NCBI RefSeq assembly: GCF_006345805.1
Contig: NC_043005.1
Coordinates: 54,498,001 to 54,562,000, forward strand
Direction of reading: 5' to 3'
DNA length: 64,000 bases
From: Octopus sinensis
Lineage: Eukaryota
Part shown: positions 13,545 to 26,765 of the stretch, in pieces
Layout of the letters: the number at the start of each line of letters is the position of its first letter
How positions within the stretch are numbered: position 1 is the first letter of the stretch
Translations under genes and position numbers: made by a program
Notes under the pieces: generated by a model
Seen by the model: the letters and a program-made list of their open reading frames with translations, nothing else
What the model was told of the DNA's origin: nothing
The model's database searches: none

Positions 13545-14122
13545 CACAGACATGCTGGAAGTAAAGAGCCACCTTTAATTTTCAAAATTTCTGATCTAAG
13601 CATCTTAATATGTTTTCAGCGGTGTAGAATTTACAATGTAATTATTCTTTTTCATTCCAGTTGCCATTATATTAAACATTTGCAAAGAGTAACCATGCCA
13701 CACACAAAAAATTCAGCACAGCTGTCAAATTTTCAAAGAGGTCTTATTGTTGGGCAATCTGAGGCTGGTCTTAGCTAGCAAAAAATTGCCAAAAATCTTC
13801 AAATTCCTCTTGCTACTGTTAATAAAATTATAGTGCTATTCAAAAGCCAAGGAAAGGAATCAACAGATTCACATCCTGGCCAACCTGGGCCCTCAGAGAG
13901 GAAACTTTGCTGTTTGAAGAGAACTGTGGAAAATGAACCCCATTCAAAGGCTTCAGACATTGCAAAACAGCTAGAAGTTAGTCCAAGAATGTATGTTACA
14001 TATCTGCATGAGCTTGGGTATTATGGACAAGCATCTAGAAGAAAACTTCTCCTTCAACCAATTGATATCAAATAAAAGATTTTGGAAATTAAAGGTGTCT
14101 ATTTACTTCCTGCATGTCTGTG
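13545..14122 (+). mobile_element. Internally deleted Tc1-like DNA transposon (N-terminal transposase relic 13695-14075)
   Basis: TIR CACAGACATGC(T/A)GGAAGTAAA..CACCTTTAATTT at both ends, TA on both flanks; MPHTKNSAQLSNFQRGLIVG..S*QKIAKNL.. paired HTH domain with an internal stop, no DDE domain. Confidence 0.9.
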
Positions 14123-14584
14123 TATAAAACTTTTGGTGCATTTGTTGCAGCTTTTTATATTCCAAATTCAGAATTCCACTAAGATCAATATTGTCACAGG
14201 CATAGCTGGGTGGTAATAAGCTTGCTGCCCAATCATATGGTTTTGGGTTCTCCCACTGTATGGTTTGTTGCCTCTCCATTCTTCCTTTAGGATACCCTTC
14301 CTGATGTTACTCATTTTTCATCTTCTGCCTGAGCTGTAAGGCCTTATTCTGTTTATTTAATTCATTTTGCTTGTACATCCACATTCTGTCTCATTTGTTT
14401 TCATATTTGTCCTTTATCCATTTGCTATTCACCTCATCTTGAATCTTACTTTGTTTGTATAATATATAATAAAATTATTTTGTTAATATGTTCACTTCCT
14501 GTTATGTATGACTCCTTGTTTGTTTGCTCAGTTTCCTAGTGGCTTCTCATTGCTGATGCCACCAAAGGGGCACAATATTATCAT

Positions 14585-15186
14585 TGTATTTCTTTATTGC
14601 CCACAAGGGGGCTAAACATAGAGGGGACAAGCAAGGACAGACAAAGAGATTTAAGTCAATTACATCAACCCCAATGTGTAACTGGTACTTATTTAATTGA
14701 CCCCAAAAGGATGAAAGGCAAAGTCAACCTCGGTGGAATTTGAACTCAGAACATAGTGGCAAATGAAATACCTATTTCTTTACTACCCACAAGGGGCTAA
14801 ACACGGAGAGGACAAACAAGGACAGACAAATGGACTAAGTCGATTATATCATCCCCAGTGCGTAACTGGTACTTATTTAATTGATCCCGAAAGGATGAAA
14901 GACAAAGTCAACCTCAGCAGAATTTGAACTCAGAACATAGCGGCAAACGAAATACCTATTTCTTTACTACTACCCACAAGAGGCTAAACACAGAGAGGAC
15001 AAACAAGAACAGACAAATGGATTAAGTCGATTATATCGACCCCAGTGCATAACAGGTACTTATTTAATTGACCCCGAAAGGATGAAAGACAAAGTCAACC
15101 TCGGTGGAATTTGGATTCAGAACATAGCGGCAAACGAAATACCACTAAGCATTTCGCCTGGCGTGCTAACGATTCTGCCAGCTCAC
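14585..15186 (-). repeat. Three tandem ~186-bp copies of the SINE family C body, with one head
   Basis: TCTTTA(C/T)T(A/G)CCCACAAG...GAAATACC three times; only the last runs into the head (...CTGCCAGCTC). Confidence 0.85.
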
Positions 15187-15689
15187 TATCATTAAAGGTA
15201 TGTAAATTGTTGCGATCCTTTAGCCAGTAACTGAAGAGGAGATAGCAGCATTCTATGTGTGTATTTTCTATATATATATATATATATTTTAACACACACA
15301 CACATGTATGTATGTTTGTATTAGTCCAAGGCTGAATAAAGCCATGTGAGTGTATTAGGTAGAGAGAAACTGAAAGAAGCCCCTTATATATAAATAGATA
15401 TGCATGTATGTATACATGTATATATATGATGGGCTTCTTTCAGTTTCTTTCTTTCTAATTCACTCACATGGCTTTAGTTAGCCTTGGGCTATAGTAGAGA
15501 CACTTGCCCAAGGTACCATGCAGTGGAGCTGGAACTGGAACCATATTGTTTGAAAGCAAGCTTCTTACCACAGCCACACCTGCACAAACGATATGATAAT
15601 TAATCACACAAAAAAATTGCTCAAGGTTTGTTATACATTTTTAACATCTTTCTTCGTAGAAATTGAATAATTTCATTATTACCATATTT

Positions 15690-16070
15690 GTTATAACTTT
15701 GAGAATCTTTCCAGTGAAAAATTATCATTTGCTTTATCTAAAAATTGGATAGAATCAACAAAAAAATATTTAGCTGTAAAAACTCATATGACACTTACAT
15801 GTCTTCTACAGCACCATACTCTTCCATCTCCAAGAAATCCTCCTTAGATATTTCTTCACGATGTAATTCAACTAATTCTTTTTCCTTTATCTCATTAAAT
15901 CAAACCTGGTGTGCCAACCCCACCAACAACATCTAGTAAATTTTTTTTTATTAACTCCTCAAAACTAAATCTTACTCCAGACACAATTTATTGTGGTTAT
16001 TTTCACTTCTTATCATATTACAGTCAAATACTCCAAAATTCCTTTATAGTCACTTTTGTTTCATGTTGTC
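15690..16070 (-). pseudogene. pogo/Tigger-type transposase relic
   Basis: Minus-strand pieces VTIKEFW, EVKITTINCVWSKI and ELVELHREEISKEDFLEME resemble the Tigger/TIGD post-DDE region; many stops and frameshifts. Confidence 0.5.
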
Positions 16071-16471
16071 TGAGAATGGACTGGACCACTACATATAAAT
16101 AGTAGCAGTCTGAGTAAGTGAGGTAATTTGTGTTAGTTCCACAGTTCGTGTGTTGATAAGTTCAAAGTTTACAGTTTGAATTAGTGTGTTGGCTCTTTAA
16201 AGATTGTTGTTACATTCCGTGTGGTCACTGCTGTTTGTTTTGATTATATTGCTATTACACTGTTGCAGTGTATTCGTTTATCCATAAAGAAGTAACAGTT
16301 TCACATTATAAAAATTTAATTACTTAAAGGTGGGCTATAAAATTGCAGTTTAGTGGTCCCTAAACATTGTTGACCTACAGAATGGTTTCATACAAAACAA
16401 TTTTTCAACAGACCAAGAGATCATGCACAAGTGCATAATATGTAACTTTATTAATATATATATAATATCCA

Positions 16472-16772
16472 TGAAGGCACATGTTTCAGTGGTTACAGCA
16501 CCATGAGATAGTGTGTTGTGTTCTTGAGCAAGACACTTTATTTCATGAAGTTCCAGTTCACTAATTTGTAAGAAATGAGGTGTGACGTCACTGGTACCAA
16601 ACTTATCAGTCTTTGCCTTTCCCGTGGATAACATTGGTGGCATAGAGAGGGAGAGGCTGGTATGTATAGATGACTGCTGGTCTTCCATAAACAACCTTGC
16701 CCAGCCTTGTACCTTGGAGGGGGACTTTCTAGGTGCAATTCCATGATCATTCATGACTGGGGATGGGGTCTT
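16472..16772 (+). mobile_element. tRNA-derived CORE-like SINE, family B (internally deleted)
   Basis: TGAAGGCACATG..AGTGGTTA head, TGTGTTCTTGAGCAAGACACTTTATTTCA core, ...GGGGTCTT end. Confidence 0.8.
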
Positions 16773-16789
16773 TATCCTTTATATAATTT

Positions 16790-17945
16790 CCATCTAATGC
16801 TTACCACCACCCTGTTTGGCCTTTCTTTCACCGTCATGCTGAAACTTACATTTAGAACATCAAATGATGGTATCTACCTCCACACCAGATCTGATGTACT
16901 CACCATGTGCTCATCAGAGAAATGGACGATACAGCACTGACAGTGCACTCTTAGGGACAAATGCTGTACCTCATGGACAAACTTTCAAAGAGCCTGCCAG
17001 GAATTCAGCCTGCCTATTGGTTTGAAGACGACCGATGTACTGAGTCAAGGTATCAAGCACTGTTGTCCACCCCCACCCCACCACCACCACCGTCACCCTC
17101 AACAACTTCAAGCGGGAGGTAGTTCATGAATTCTCTTACCTCAAATCCACCATCTCTGATGACCTCTCCATGGACCCTGAGATCAGCAGGTGAATTGGAC
17201 AAGCATCTTCTACATTTGATAAGTTCACAAAGAGAAAACAGAAAACTGGCCACAAACTCCAAGATTGCTGTCTATAAGGGGTGAGTCATCAGCACACTAC
17301 TTTATGGCAGTGAGACATGGAGCCTCTAGTCCAGACAAGAGCAGCATCTCAAAGTTTTCCACCTTCATAATCTGAGAGGCATTTTGGATATCAAATGGAC
17401 TGACCAAGTCATCAACTCCAAAGTCCTCAACTGTGCCAAGATACCAGTATGTTCACCCTGCTCCAGCAGTACCATCTGTACTGGCTCGGTCAGGAATATC
17501 ATATGCTAGATGAGAGGATTCCAAAAGATCTCCTGTATGGGGAATTTACCACCATCAAAAGATCACAAGGATGACCTCATCTTCATTTCAAGGATGTCTG
17601 CAAGAGAGATATGAAGTCAATAGATCTGGATGTCCTGAGATGGGAGTAGGTCACAAATGTTTGCCCACACTGGAGACAAATATTGCAAAAAGGGAATGAG
17701 GCAAAGGGAAGAGAAGCTGGAAGTTGCCAGCAAAGAAAAGCACACTCAACGAAAGGAAAAACCAGTAGCACCAATGGAGGGCTTCACCAAATGCAGTCAC
17801 TGTGTACATGACTTCCACTGCTGTGTGATCCTGTGCAGTAACAGCAGATGCTGCATCTCTATCAACGGCTGATACAAATTCTCCAGCACAGATATATTAT
17901 CTCCCAAGATCGGTGTTTCCCTACCAATACCACTACCACCACTGG
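16790..17945 (+). mobile_element. RTE (BovB-like) LINE: decayed RT C-terminal half and zinc finger
   Basis: TLFGLSFTVMLK..GIYLHTRSD; KIAVYK..STLLYGSETW; RIPKDLLYGE; HFKDVCKRDMK; terminal CxxC region; many stops. Confidence 0.85.
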
Positions 17946-18202
17946 AACACAATGCATGTTTATCCTTTATCTTCTACCTGTTTCCAGCCTTTGGACTGTG
18001 ACCAAGCCGGAGCACTGTCTTGAAGGGTTTTAATTGAACAAATTGATCCTGGTATTTATTCAGTCTCTTTTGATGAACAACTAAACTATGAGAATGTAAA
18101 GAAATCAACACCAGTTGTCAAGTTTTGGTAGAGAACAAACAGAAACACATAGACGCACACACATAGACATATATATATATATATATATAATATATATATA
18201 TA

Positions 18203-18409
18203 CTTTATTTAAAGCAGCAGAAAATTCTACAAAACCTGTTACTCTGAGTTTCGCGTTGCCATTCATCGGACAGTTTTTGAACGGCAACGCGAACTCAGAG
18301 TAACAGGTTTTGTAGAATTTTGTGCTGCTTTAAATAAAGCATATTACTCTACCACTGGTATTTGAGTACTCTTTTTTTACACCTTGTTTCACATTTATGT
18401 GTTTACTCC

Positions 18410-18412
<3 letters not shown>
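18203..18412. mobile_element. Inverted-repeat element, probably Penelope-like termini
   Basis: Arms 18203-18265 and 18278-18339 near-perfect; minus strand CCGATGA..GGCAACGC-GAAA-CTC; embedded in (TA)n. Confidence 0.55.
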
Positions 18413-18449
<37 letters not shown>

Positions 18450-18452
<3 letters not shown>

Positions 18453-18630
18453 CTTTACTGCCCACAAGGGGCTAAACATAGAGGGGACAAACAAGGACAG
18501 ATAAAGAGATTAAGTCGATTACATCGACTCCAGTGCGAAACTGGTACTTAATTTATCGACCCCGAAAGGATGAAAGGCAAAGTCGACCTCGGCGGAATTT
18601 GAACCCAGAACGTAACGGCAGACGAAATAT
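18450..18630 (-). mobile_element. SINE family C (head missing)
   Basis: Near-identical to 55697-55878. Confidence 0.85.
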
Positions 18631-19050
18631 GCCAACAGGTGGTTTTTAAACCATTTAGCATATAGTCATAGTTGGCGATATGGCTGCCCTTGTTTGGTTT
18701 GCAACATTGGTAAGTCACAATGACGAAACAGCAATGGTTGTCACTCCAAGAAGGGACCAATGTGAGTTGTTTTACTTGACTATGACTTATTCTCAGGTGT
18801 TTTTTTATACCAGATGCATAGAAAATATATTTTCTTTTGCCTAAAAACTGCAGCTGATCCATAAACTAACAACACACATACCTTGTGTATGTGTGTTCCA
18901 TTTTGTTTATATATTTCAGTTTCAGTTGCCATCCACCAAATACACTCACAAAGCTTTGGTTTGCCTGGGGACCATAGTAGAAGACGCTTGCCCAAAGCAC
19001 CATGCATTGGGATTGAACCCAGTATCGTGTTTACCATATTTTCAAGCATA

Positions 19051-19464
19051 CAGGCGCAGGAGTGGCTGTGTGGTAAGTAGCTTGCTAACCAACCACATGG
19101 TTCCGGGTTCAGTCCCACTGCGTGGCATCTTGGGCAAGTGTCTTCTGCTATAGCCCTGGGCCGACCAATGCCTTGTGAGTGGATTTGGTAGACGGAAACT
19201 GAAAGAAGCCTGTCATATATATGTATATATATATGTATGTGTGTTTGTGTGTCTGTGTTTTCCCCCTAGCATTGATTGACAACATATGCTGGTGTGTTTA
19301 TGTCTCCGTTACTTAGCGGTTCAGCAAAAGAGACCGATAGAATAAGTACTGGGCTTACAAAAAGAATAAGTCCCGGGGTCGAGTTGCTCGATTAAAGGCG
19401 GTGCTCCAGCATGGCCGCAGTCAAATGACTGAAACAAATAAAAGAGTAAAAAGAGTAAAAGAGT
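19051..19464 (+). mobile_element. tRNA-derived SINE, family A, full length
   Basis: A box TGGCTGTGTGG, B box GGTTCAGTCCC, CORE-like TTGGGCAAGTGTCTT, internal (TA/TG)n, tail (GTAAAAGA)n; more than 15 related copies in the window. Confidence 0.9.
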
Positions 19465-19769
19465 ATACAATCAAACTTTACAGACCAAAGTTTACAGCCA
19501 AAACAGTACATCGATTTATGCACCAAGAAAACTTTGGGAGACCAAAAATTCCATGTGAAATGCAGCAGGACTGAAAAGATAGTGATGATGTTTGAACGTT
19601 TACACCACATGTTTACACTATATACATCAAATTGTAGACTGAAAATGCAATAGCCATCATTGAAACAGGGATAAATCAAGAAAAATATATTTAGGAGTTG
19701 AAAATTGAAAGAACTTGCTGCAACAGATCATCAATCCATCCATCTACCTTAACTGCTCACTATTCCTAA

Positions 19770-20010
19770 AATGTTTAAGGGTGTAGAGTCCTCAGGCATT
19801 TCCTTGATAGGGTCCTAAGAGAAGTAGCCATCATTAGACTTTGTATCAGAATTTCGAAGCGCAACCGAGACTAAGGGATATTATCCAGTCATCTTGTTCT
19901 TGATCTACCCCTAGTTCCCCTGTCAGTTGGCTCAGCTTGAAAACTCTATCTTGTGATTCTTTTCTGAGACATTCTAATCACATGTCCATTACTACCAGAA
20001 CTGTGACCTC
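19770..20010 (-). mobile_element. RTE LINE 3' fragment
   Basis: Minus strand GHVIRMSQKRIT...GTRGRSRTR*LD. Confidence 0.6.
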
Positions 20011-20989
20011 TCAATCAATAAGAAAATCTCACTAGCTTATTAGCCACTCATTGCCTGGCAAGCTTTTTGTTTTAAATTTGTATTCGTGTTTAACTTGTAC
20101 ACTCTGTACATTCATTTATTTATTTGTCAAAGTCCATCAAGATTTTCATTTAATTCTGTGTCTAAAAGGCCAACAGAAAAGCAACTTATTGGAAAGCTGA
20201 AAAGGAAACATGTTACAATCAGAGCTTCAAAGAAAATAAAGTTACTTATGGGAATTTTAAGTGAATTAAGGATGATCAAATAGACCCCTACTTGGAAGAG
20301 CATTAATTTGTAACTGTTAAATACAATTTCATTTTGGCTTTACTATTTCGATTTTTTTGTTTTATATTTTCTGTATTGTCATACCTTAAAGAAGTTTGTG
20401 TCTCTGCTATGGAGATGGTAGACATATAAAGATTCTATCTTAGGTGACAATCGTAAAATAAACTTATCTTTATTAATCTTTATTCATCGGTGTTTTCTTT
20501 CCATCTGAGTTGAAAAATGTAACAGGTTACCAAAGAAAGAATGGAAACAAAAAAAAAAAGAATCAGACAAAAATTCAGTATGAGAGACGACACACAGTTC
20601 ACAATTTTTTTATTTTACAGTTTTCAGTCTTAGTTTGTTGCTTAGCAATGTTATGAAATGACGTTAAAGAAACAACATTGAGTACTTCACAGACACACAC
20701 ACATGTACATGGCCATACACACACACACTTATGAATCTATGTATATATACATCGTCATCATTATCATTTAATGTCCATTTTCTATGCTGGCATGGGTGGA
20801 ATGGTTTGACCAGAGCTGACAAGCAGGCGAGCTGCACTAGATTCCAGTCTGATTTACCCTGGTCTCTACAACAGGATGCACTTCCTTATGCCAACCATTT
20901 TACAAAGTGTTACAGGTGCTTTTTACATGGCACCAAATTGGGTGCCTTAACATGGCATGGGTGCTATTACATAGCATCAGTGCAGGGCT

Positions 20990-21210
20990 CTTACAGGCCA
21001 ATCCACCTCAGCAGGGGGGAGCAACATAAGCAATTCCACCATGGAGGACAGGCCTTCTTGAATACAGCAAGCACCAGACTTCTCAGTCCTTTGTCATTTC
21101 TGTCATAAGGCTCAGCATTCTGAGACCGGCCTTCAGTACTTCATCCTGCATCTTCCTGGGCCTCCCTCTCCCACAAATTTCATCTACTTTGAGTGATCAA
21201 CACTTCTTCA
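20990..21210 (-). mobile_element. RTE LINE 3' fragment
   Basis: Minus strand KKC*SLKVDEICGRGRPRKMQDEV. Confidence 0.65.
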
Positions 21211-21254
21211 GATATATGTGTGTGTGTGTGTGTGTGAAGCGCACGCGTGCATGT

Positions 21255-22300
21255 GTGGACAAAATTTGGTGTTATCAAATACCAGGAGAAAGACAGTTTA
21301 GTCCCCAACAACATTCATGCTGACATGGTCGTTACAATGTAGGATGATACTCCAGCTTTATCAACTTAGGATGGGAAGACAAATCCTTGAAGATGATCCA
21401 AGGTTCGGATGTTCTGCAAGTACCACTACTGAGGAAAACATTGATCATATTCACCACATGGTGATGGATGACAGGTGACTGAGTATAAATCAAATAGCCT
21501 TTGCTATTAGCGTATACCATGGGAGAATTGAGAATATTCTGCTCAATGAACTTGACATGATACACGTTTCTGCTCTGTGGGTGCCATGTCTTCTGACACC
21601 TGGTGAAAAGAGCACTAAGCTGATCAGATCTCAGGAAATTTTGACATTGGTTGAGGCTAAACTAGATGGTTTCCTTGAATGTATCCCAAGTCAGGATCAG
21701 TGTTGGATTCATCACTTTGAGCCACAGACAAAGAGACAATCCATGATGTGGAACCTTCCTCGCTTTCTCCAAAGAAATGCTAAGATCGTTTCATCTACAG
21801 GGAAGGTGATTGCCTGTTTTTGCAAGTGCAAAGGGCATTGTCTTTACTGACCATCTTCAAAAGGCCCACACCATCAATGGACTATATTATACCAAGTAAC
21901 TGACGCAATTATGAAAGGCTATCAAGACCAAATGCCTAGGAAAACTGATGAAAGGGATCTTGTTTCATCAGGACAATGCTCCAGTGAAGACGTCAGCTCC
22001 AATGGCTGCTGTGCATGATTGTGGCTTTGAACTCTTGGTTTTTACCCCCATCTGCCAATTATTTATTCCCCAACATCAAAAATAGTTGGCTGGGAACCAG
22101 TATTACAGTGAGGATTACGTCATATCTGCTTTTGATGATTTTTCTGACCAACAGGATGAAAGCTTCTTCAGCAATGGGATCCAAGTACTGCAACACCTAT
22201 GGAAGGAGTGTGTGGACTGCACAGAGCACAATGTTGAAAAATAAACCTCATTTCGTTGCATTCTATGAGAGTGTTTCAGTCAGTCTATGAACTTTTCAGC
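21255..22300 (+). pseudogene. Decayed mariner transposase
   Basis: VSALWVPCLLT (WVPxxLT), WIHHFEPQTKRQSMMW, LFHQDNAP; 3' TIR-like ATGAACTTTTCAGC at ~22288; many frameshifts. Confidence 0.85.
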
Positions 22301-23052
22301 ATTCAAAGCCTTATTGTCAGGGCGTAAAATGTTATTGGTGAGTATCTGCCTCAGTGTAATGGTGAGCAAATGTTTAAGTATTTTGTTATTTTGGTCAGTA
22401 CATGAAAGTTGATTGTTTGATTCATGTTGTCAGCCACATGCTTAATTCTGTATAGCTCAAAATTAGGATGGATACTGACAAGAGGGACAACACACTCATG
22501 TCATAAGCAATGTATACACACACACACACACATTTATACATACACACACACGCATAATATATAATTAAGATTCAGTTGAATTAGGTTCTTAAATTGAAGC
22601 ACCTTGTTAGTTCGGGATAATCTGCACACCCCAAAAATATCATTTGAATATTGAATATCAAGACTCCGTTCAGGTGTATTTGTACCTAATATTCCTGTCA
22701 TGTGCGCAGACAATGCAACCCAGCTAAGTGAAGATATCCGCTCTTGGTAATTCAGGCATAATTTTTATAAAGATACTTTCTATAGTATTTCTGATTTAGA
22801 TGAACAAAATATAAATAAGTAACAAAGATGTACAGGTGTCAATTCATTACATCCGTTTCAATTGGCTCCATTTAATTGATTAATGAAAACATTATTTCAA
22901 TTTGAAAGAAACCATTCTCATCAGATGACAGCATAGACTTCAAGCATAAAGGATAAACAATTTTTTTAACAAATTTACATCAATAATGGAAACCAAAATA
23001 TTTATATATTTTGCTATAATTGTGGAAGAATGAGTTTATATATATAAGTGTA

Positions 23053-23346
23053 AAGGCCCTCTCAGGTCATGAATGAGCATAGGATTGCACCTAGAAAGTT
23101 ACCTTCTGAAGCACAAGTCTGGGTAAGGTTGTTTATGAAAGACCAGCACCTGCCCCTGCATACCAGCCTCCCCTCTCTAGCCACTGATGTTATCCAAGGG
23201 AAAAGCAACTAATTTCTACAGTTGAGTGAACTGAAGCAACATGAAATAAAGTGCCTCACGCAAGAACACAACTCAAAGCCCAGTTTGGGAACTGTACTCA
23301 CTACCTCATGATTGTGAGTCCAGCACTCTAACCAGTGAGCCATGCA
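23053..23346 (-). mobile_element. SINE family B (decayed)
   Basis: Aligns along 54513-54850. Confidence 0.8.
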
Positions 23347-23647
23347 TATGAGAATATTTTTATAAACAAATATTAAAGCATCGAGTGGGTTGGTATTTTT
23401 AGAAATGAAGAAAATCTTGAACACAGAAAGTTGTGAAAAACAGCTTTAGAAAGTCAGGTAAAAATAACCTTAGAGACAGAAGAAAGGGATCAGCAGCCAT
23501 AAGCAAGGGGTCAAACTCTGTAGCTCTCAAACACTAACTGAGGGCTCTGTATCACTGAGCTAAATGACCCCAAACACACATGCACATAAGCTCATGCACA
23601 CTCGTACACATGCACACACACACATGCACGCACACACACGTATACTT

Positions 23648-23682
<35 letters not shown>

Positions 23683-24009
23683 TATCATGATCATCATTTT
23701 AACTTTCACTTTTCCATGTGTGCATAAATCAGATGGAATTTGTTGGGGCAGATTTTCAATGGTCTGATGGCTTTCCTTTAAAAAAACCCTCATCCAATTC
23801 CAAGCAAGGCCAAGATTAACTTCAATGCATTGCACCTTCAACAATGGCTTTAACTGGCCATAACTTTGAAATTGCTGTCAATAATATTCTTGTTTAAGAA
23901 TATATACATAAAGAGAAAAACAGCTAGTTTTAAATCTCTGAGCAAGGGATATGTAGTAACAGTACTGATCAGTAAAGTCTATTTGCTAACGCAATGAGGC
24001 AATCCTACA

Positions 24010-24527
24010 CAGTAGAAGTGGCTGTGTGGTAAGTAGCTTGTTTACCAACCACAGGAGTGGCTGTGTGGTAAGTAGCTTATTTACCAACCACATGGTTCTG
24101 GGTTCAGTCCCACTGCATGGCACCTTGGGCAAGTGTCTTCTACTATAGGCTCGGGCTGACCAAAGCCTTGTGAATGAATTTGGTAGACAGAAACTGAAAG
24201 AAGCCTGTCGTATATATGTATATATTGCTGGTGGCAAAAAATTTCTATTGAATTTTTTACTACCCTTATATTGATTAATAAATGTATATATATATGCGTG
24301 TGTGTGTTTGTGTGTCTGTGTTTGTCCCCCTAGCATTGCTTGACAACCGGTGCTGGTGTGTTTGTGTCCCCGTTACTTAGCGGTTCAGCAAAAGGGACCG
24401 ATAGAATAAGTACTGGGCTTACAAAATAATAAGTCCTAGGGTCGAGTTGTTCGATTAAAAGGTGGTGCTCCAGCATGACCGCAGTCAAATAACTGAAACA
24501 AGTAAAAGAGTAAAAGAGTAAAAGAGT
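24010..24527 (+). mobile_element. SINE family A with duplicated head
   Basis: AGTGGCTGTGTGGTAAGTAGCTT..ACCAACCAC occurs twice in tandem; the rest matches 19051-19464, with a ~55-bp insert. Confidence 0.85.
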
Positions 24528-24528
24528 T

Positions 24529-24600
24529 ACTACATTTTAGCCCCCAGGAAAACATCTTTTTCAGCTGGAAAAGATGTTTTGATGGGGGCTAAAATGTAGT
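24529..24600. repeat. 72-bp near-perfect palindrome
   Basis: ACTACATTTTAGCCCCCA..AAAACATCTTTT-TCAGCTGG-AAAAGATGTTTT..TGGGGGCTAAAATGTAGT. Confidence 0.9.
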
Positions 24601-24651
24601 TACATTGTCCTGTGTAGGACTGTCACATTGTGGTGGCAAATAGACTTTATA

Positions 24652-24699
<48 letters not shown>

Positions 24700-24914
24700 C
24701 ACACACACAAGCACACACACACACATATATGTGTGTGTGTATATATATATGTATGTATGTATATTGATAGATACATATAGATATAGAATATATACATATA
24801 TATATATATACACACACATATATATATATACTTACATATATATATATATATACATACACACACACACACACACATATATATATAATATATATATACATAC
24901 ATACATATATATAC

Positions 24915-24977
<63 letters not shown>

Positions 24978-25545
24978 GTATATTATATATATATACTGAA
25001 AAATATGAATTAATATACACATGTAATTCAATTCATAATGGAAAATGATCTGGTAGATTTTCTAATTTCAAATTTTTTCGCATTTTCGCAACTTTTTTTC
25101 TTCTTGGGCTTTTGGATATATATATATATACATTTATTGTCTATATGATATTCTTCAATGACAATGAGCATTAATACAGCTTCTTCATTTGTTCCAGCGT
25201 CCCGTTTCTGATTTCACTTCTTCCATCTCATGAAACCAAAAAAAAAAAAAAAAGGAAGAAAAAGAAACAAAAAAAGATCAAATATTAAAAAAAAACAAAC
25301 AAAAGCATGCATAAGTACATAGCAAAAGTCACACATACTTATATGGTATTAAAGACTGGCTCTTGTTCTATGGAGTATAAACATGAAAGAAATAATAACA
25401 AAAGAATTTCGAAGACAAGAAGAAAAAAAATGTAGACAACGTATATAACATGATGGTCTTGTTTCTTTGTTTTATATTATATAGACACCACATTGAAATG
25501 AATTGGGAGAAAGAAATATTTGAAGATATATGTACGTGTGAGTAA

Positions 25546-25620
<75 letters not shown>

Positions 25621-26161
25621 CGTGTGAGTAAATGTATATACATATGTGTGTGTGTGTATGTATGGATAGATGGATGCATTTATGTGTTTCTCTTGAAGAC
25701 TTTTCATAACTTTTAATCAAATCTTCCATTAGAAAGGTAGGCAATTCCAAATAACAGAAAGAATTGTCAAATATATTTCATTTTTGATAATCATATTTTA
25801 AGATTTTGTATCTTCTAAGATAATCTTGACTGGTGTTTTAACAATTGAGTAGAGGTAAAAAAATAAAAAAGATTATTGTTGTTGTTATTATTATCATTAT
25901 TATCATTATTATTATTATATTATTATTATTATTATTATATTATTATTATTATTATTATTATCATTATTATTATTATTAATTAAATAGATGTGATATAGCT
26001 TTCTTTCTACTTACATAAGAGTTGTGGTTCTTATAACACAAAACCACACATACACATGATTAGCTGTATATCACTATATATATATATATATATATATAAG
26101 TGTGTATTTATTTATGTGCATGTGTGTGTGTATGTGCGTACAGATGTTAAATATGTATATA

Positions 26162-26193
<32 letters not shown>

Positions 26194-26499
26194 CCCCATT
26201 CCTTACATCCACTCCCATATACCCCACCTCCACCACCACTCTCAACCTAATCCACCCCACCCTTGCTTTCCCCAGTCTCGCCTCCCCCACCTTCCAACAC
26301 CATCACACCACTCCACACACCATTACACCTTACACCACCATACCACACAACACATCACATCACAACACACAACCACACACACATCAGCACTAACCACTTC
26401 CCAGACCCCACATTTTCTCACCTACACATACACACACACACACACACGCCAAGATCACCAGCCCTCTTCCACACGCATATACAAACTCTCTTATATACA

Positions 26500-26765
26500 C
26501 GCACACGTACCATTGTTTTAGGATCACCACTACTTTATTATCTCCCCTTCTCCCTAGCTCTCTTCTGTGACCCCTTTGTCTGGCATTCACCATGATAGAT
26601 CACTAGTCACTCCACATTCTTTATTTTCTTTCCGTGTTCCTTTCTGTGGAAGAGAGTATGCTCGAGACGTTAAAGACTTTTGCAATTCCCGAGCTTTATA
26701 CTAATACATCTGTTTGTTGTCTACAATACCTGTCTTCATCTTTTGTGTTTTTGTGAATTCTCCCT

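Noticed and set aside
19051-19130. SINE heads as tRNA genes
   Set aside because: A and B boxes are present, but the acceptor and anticodon stems do not close and each head runs into a shared repeat body.
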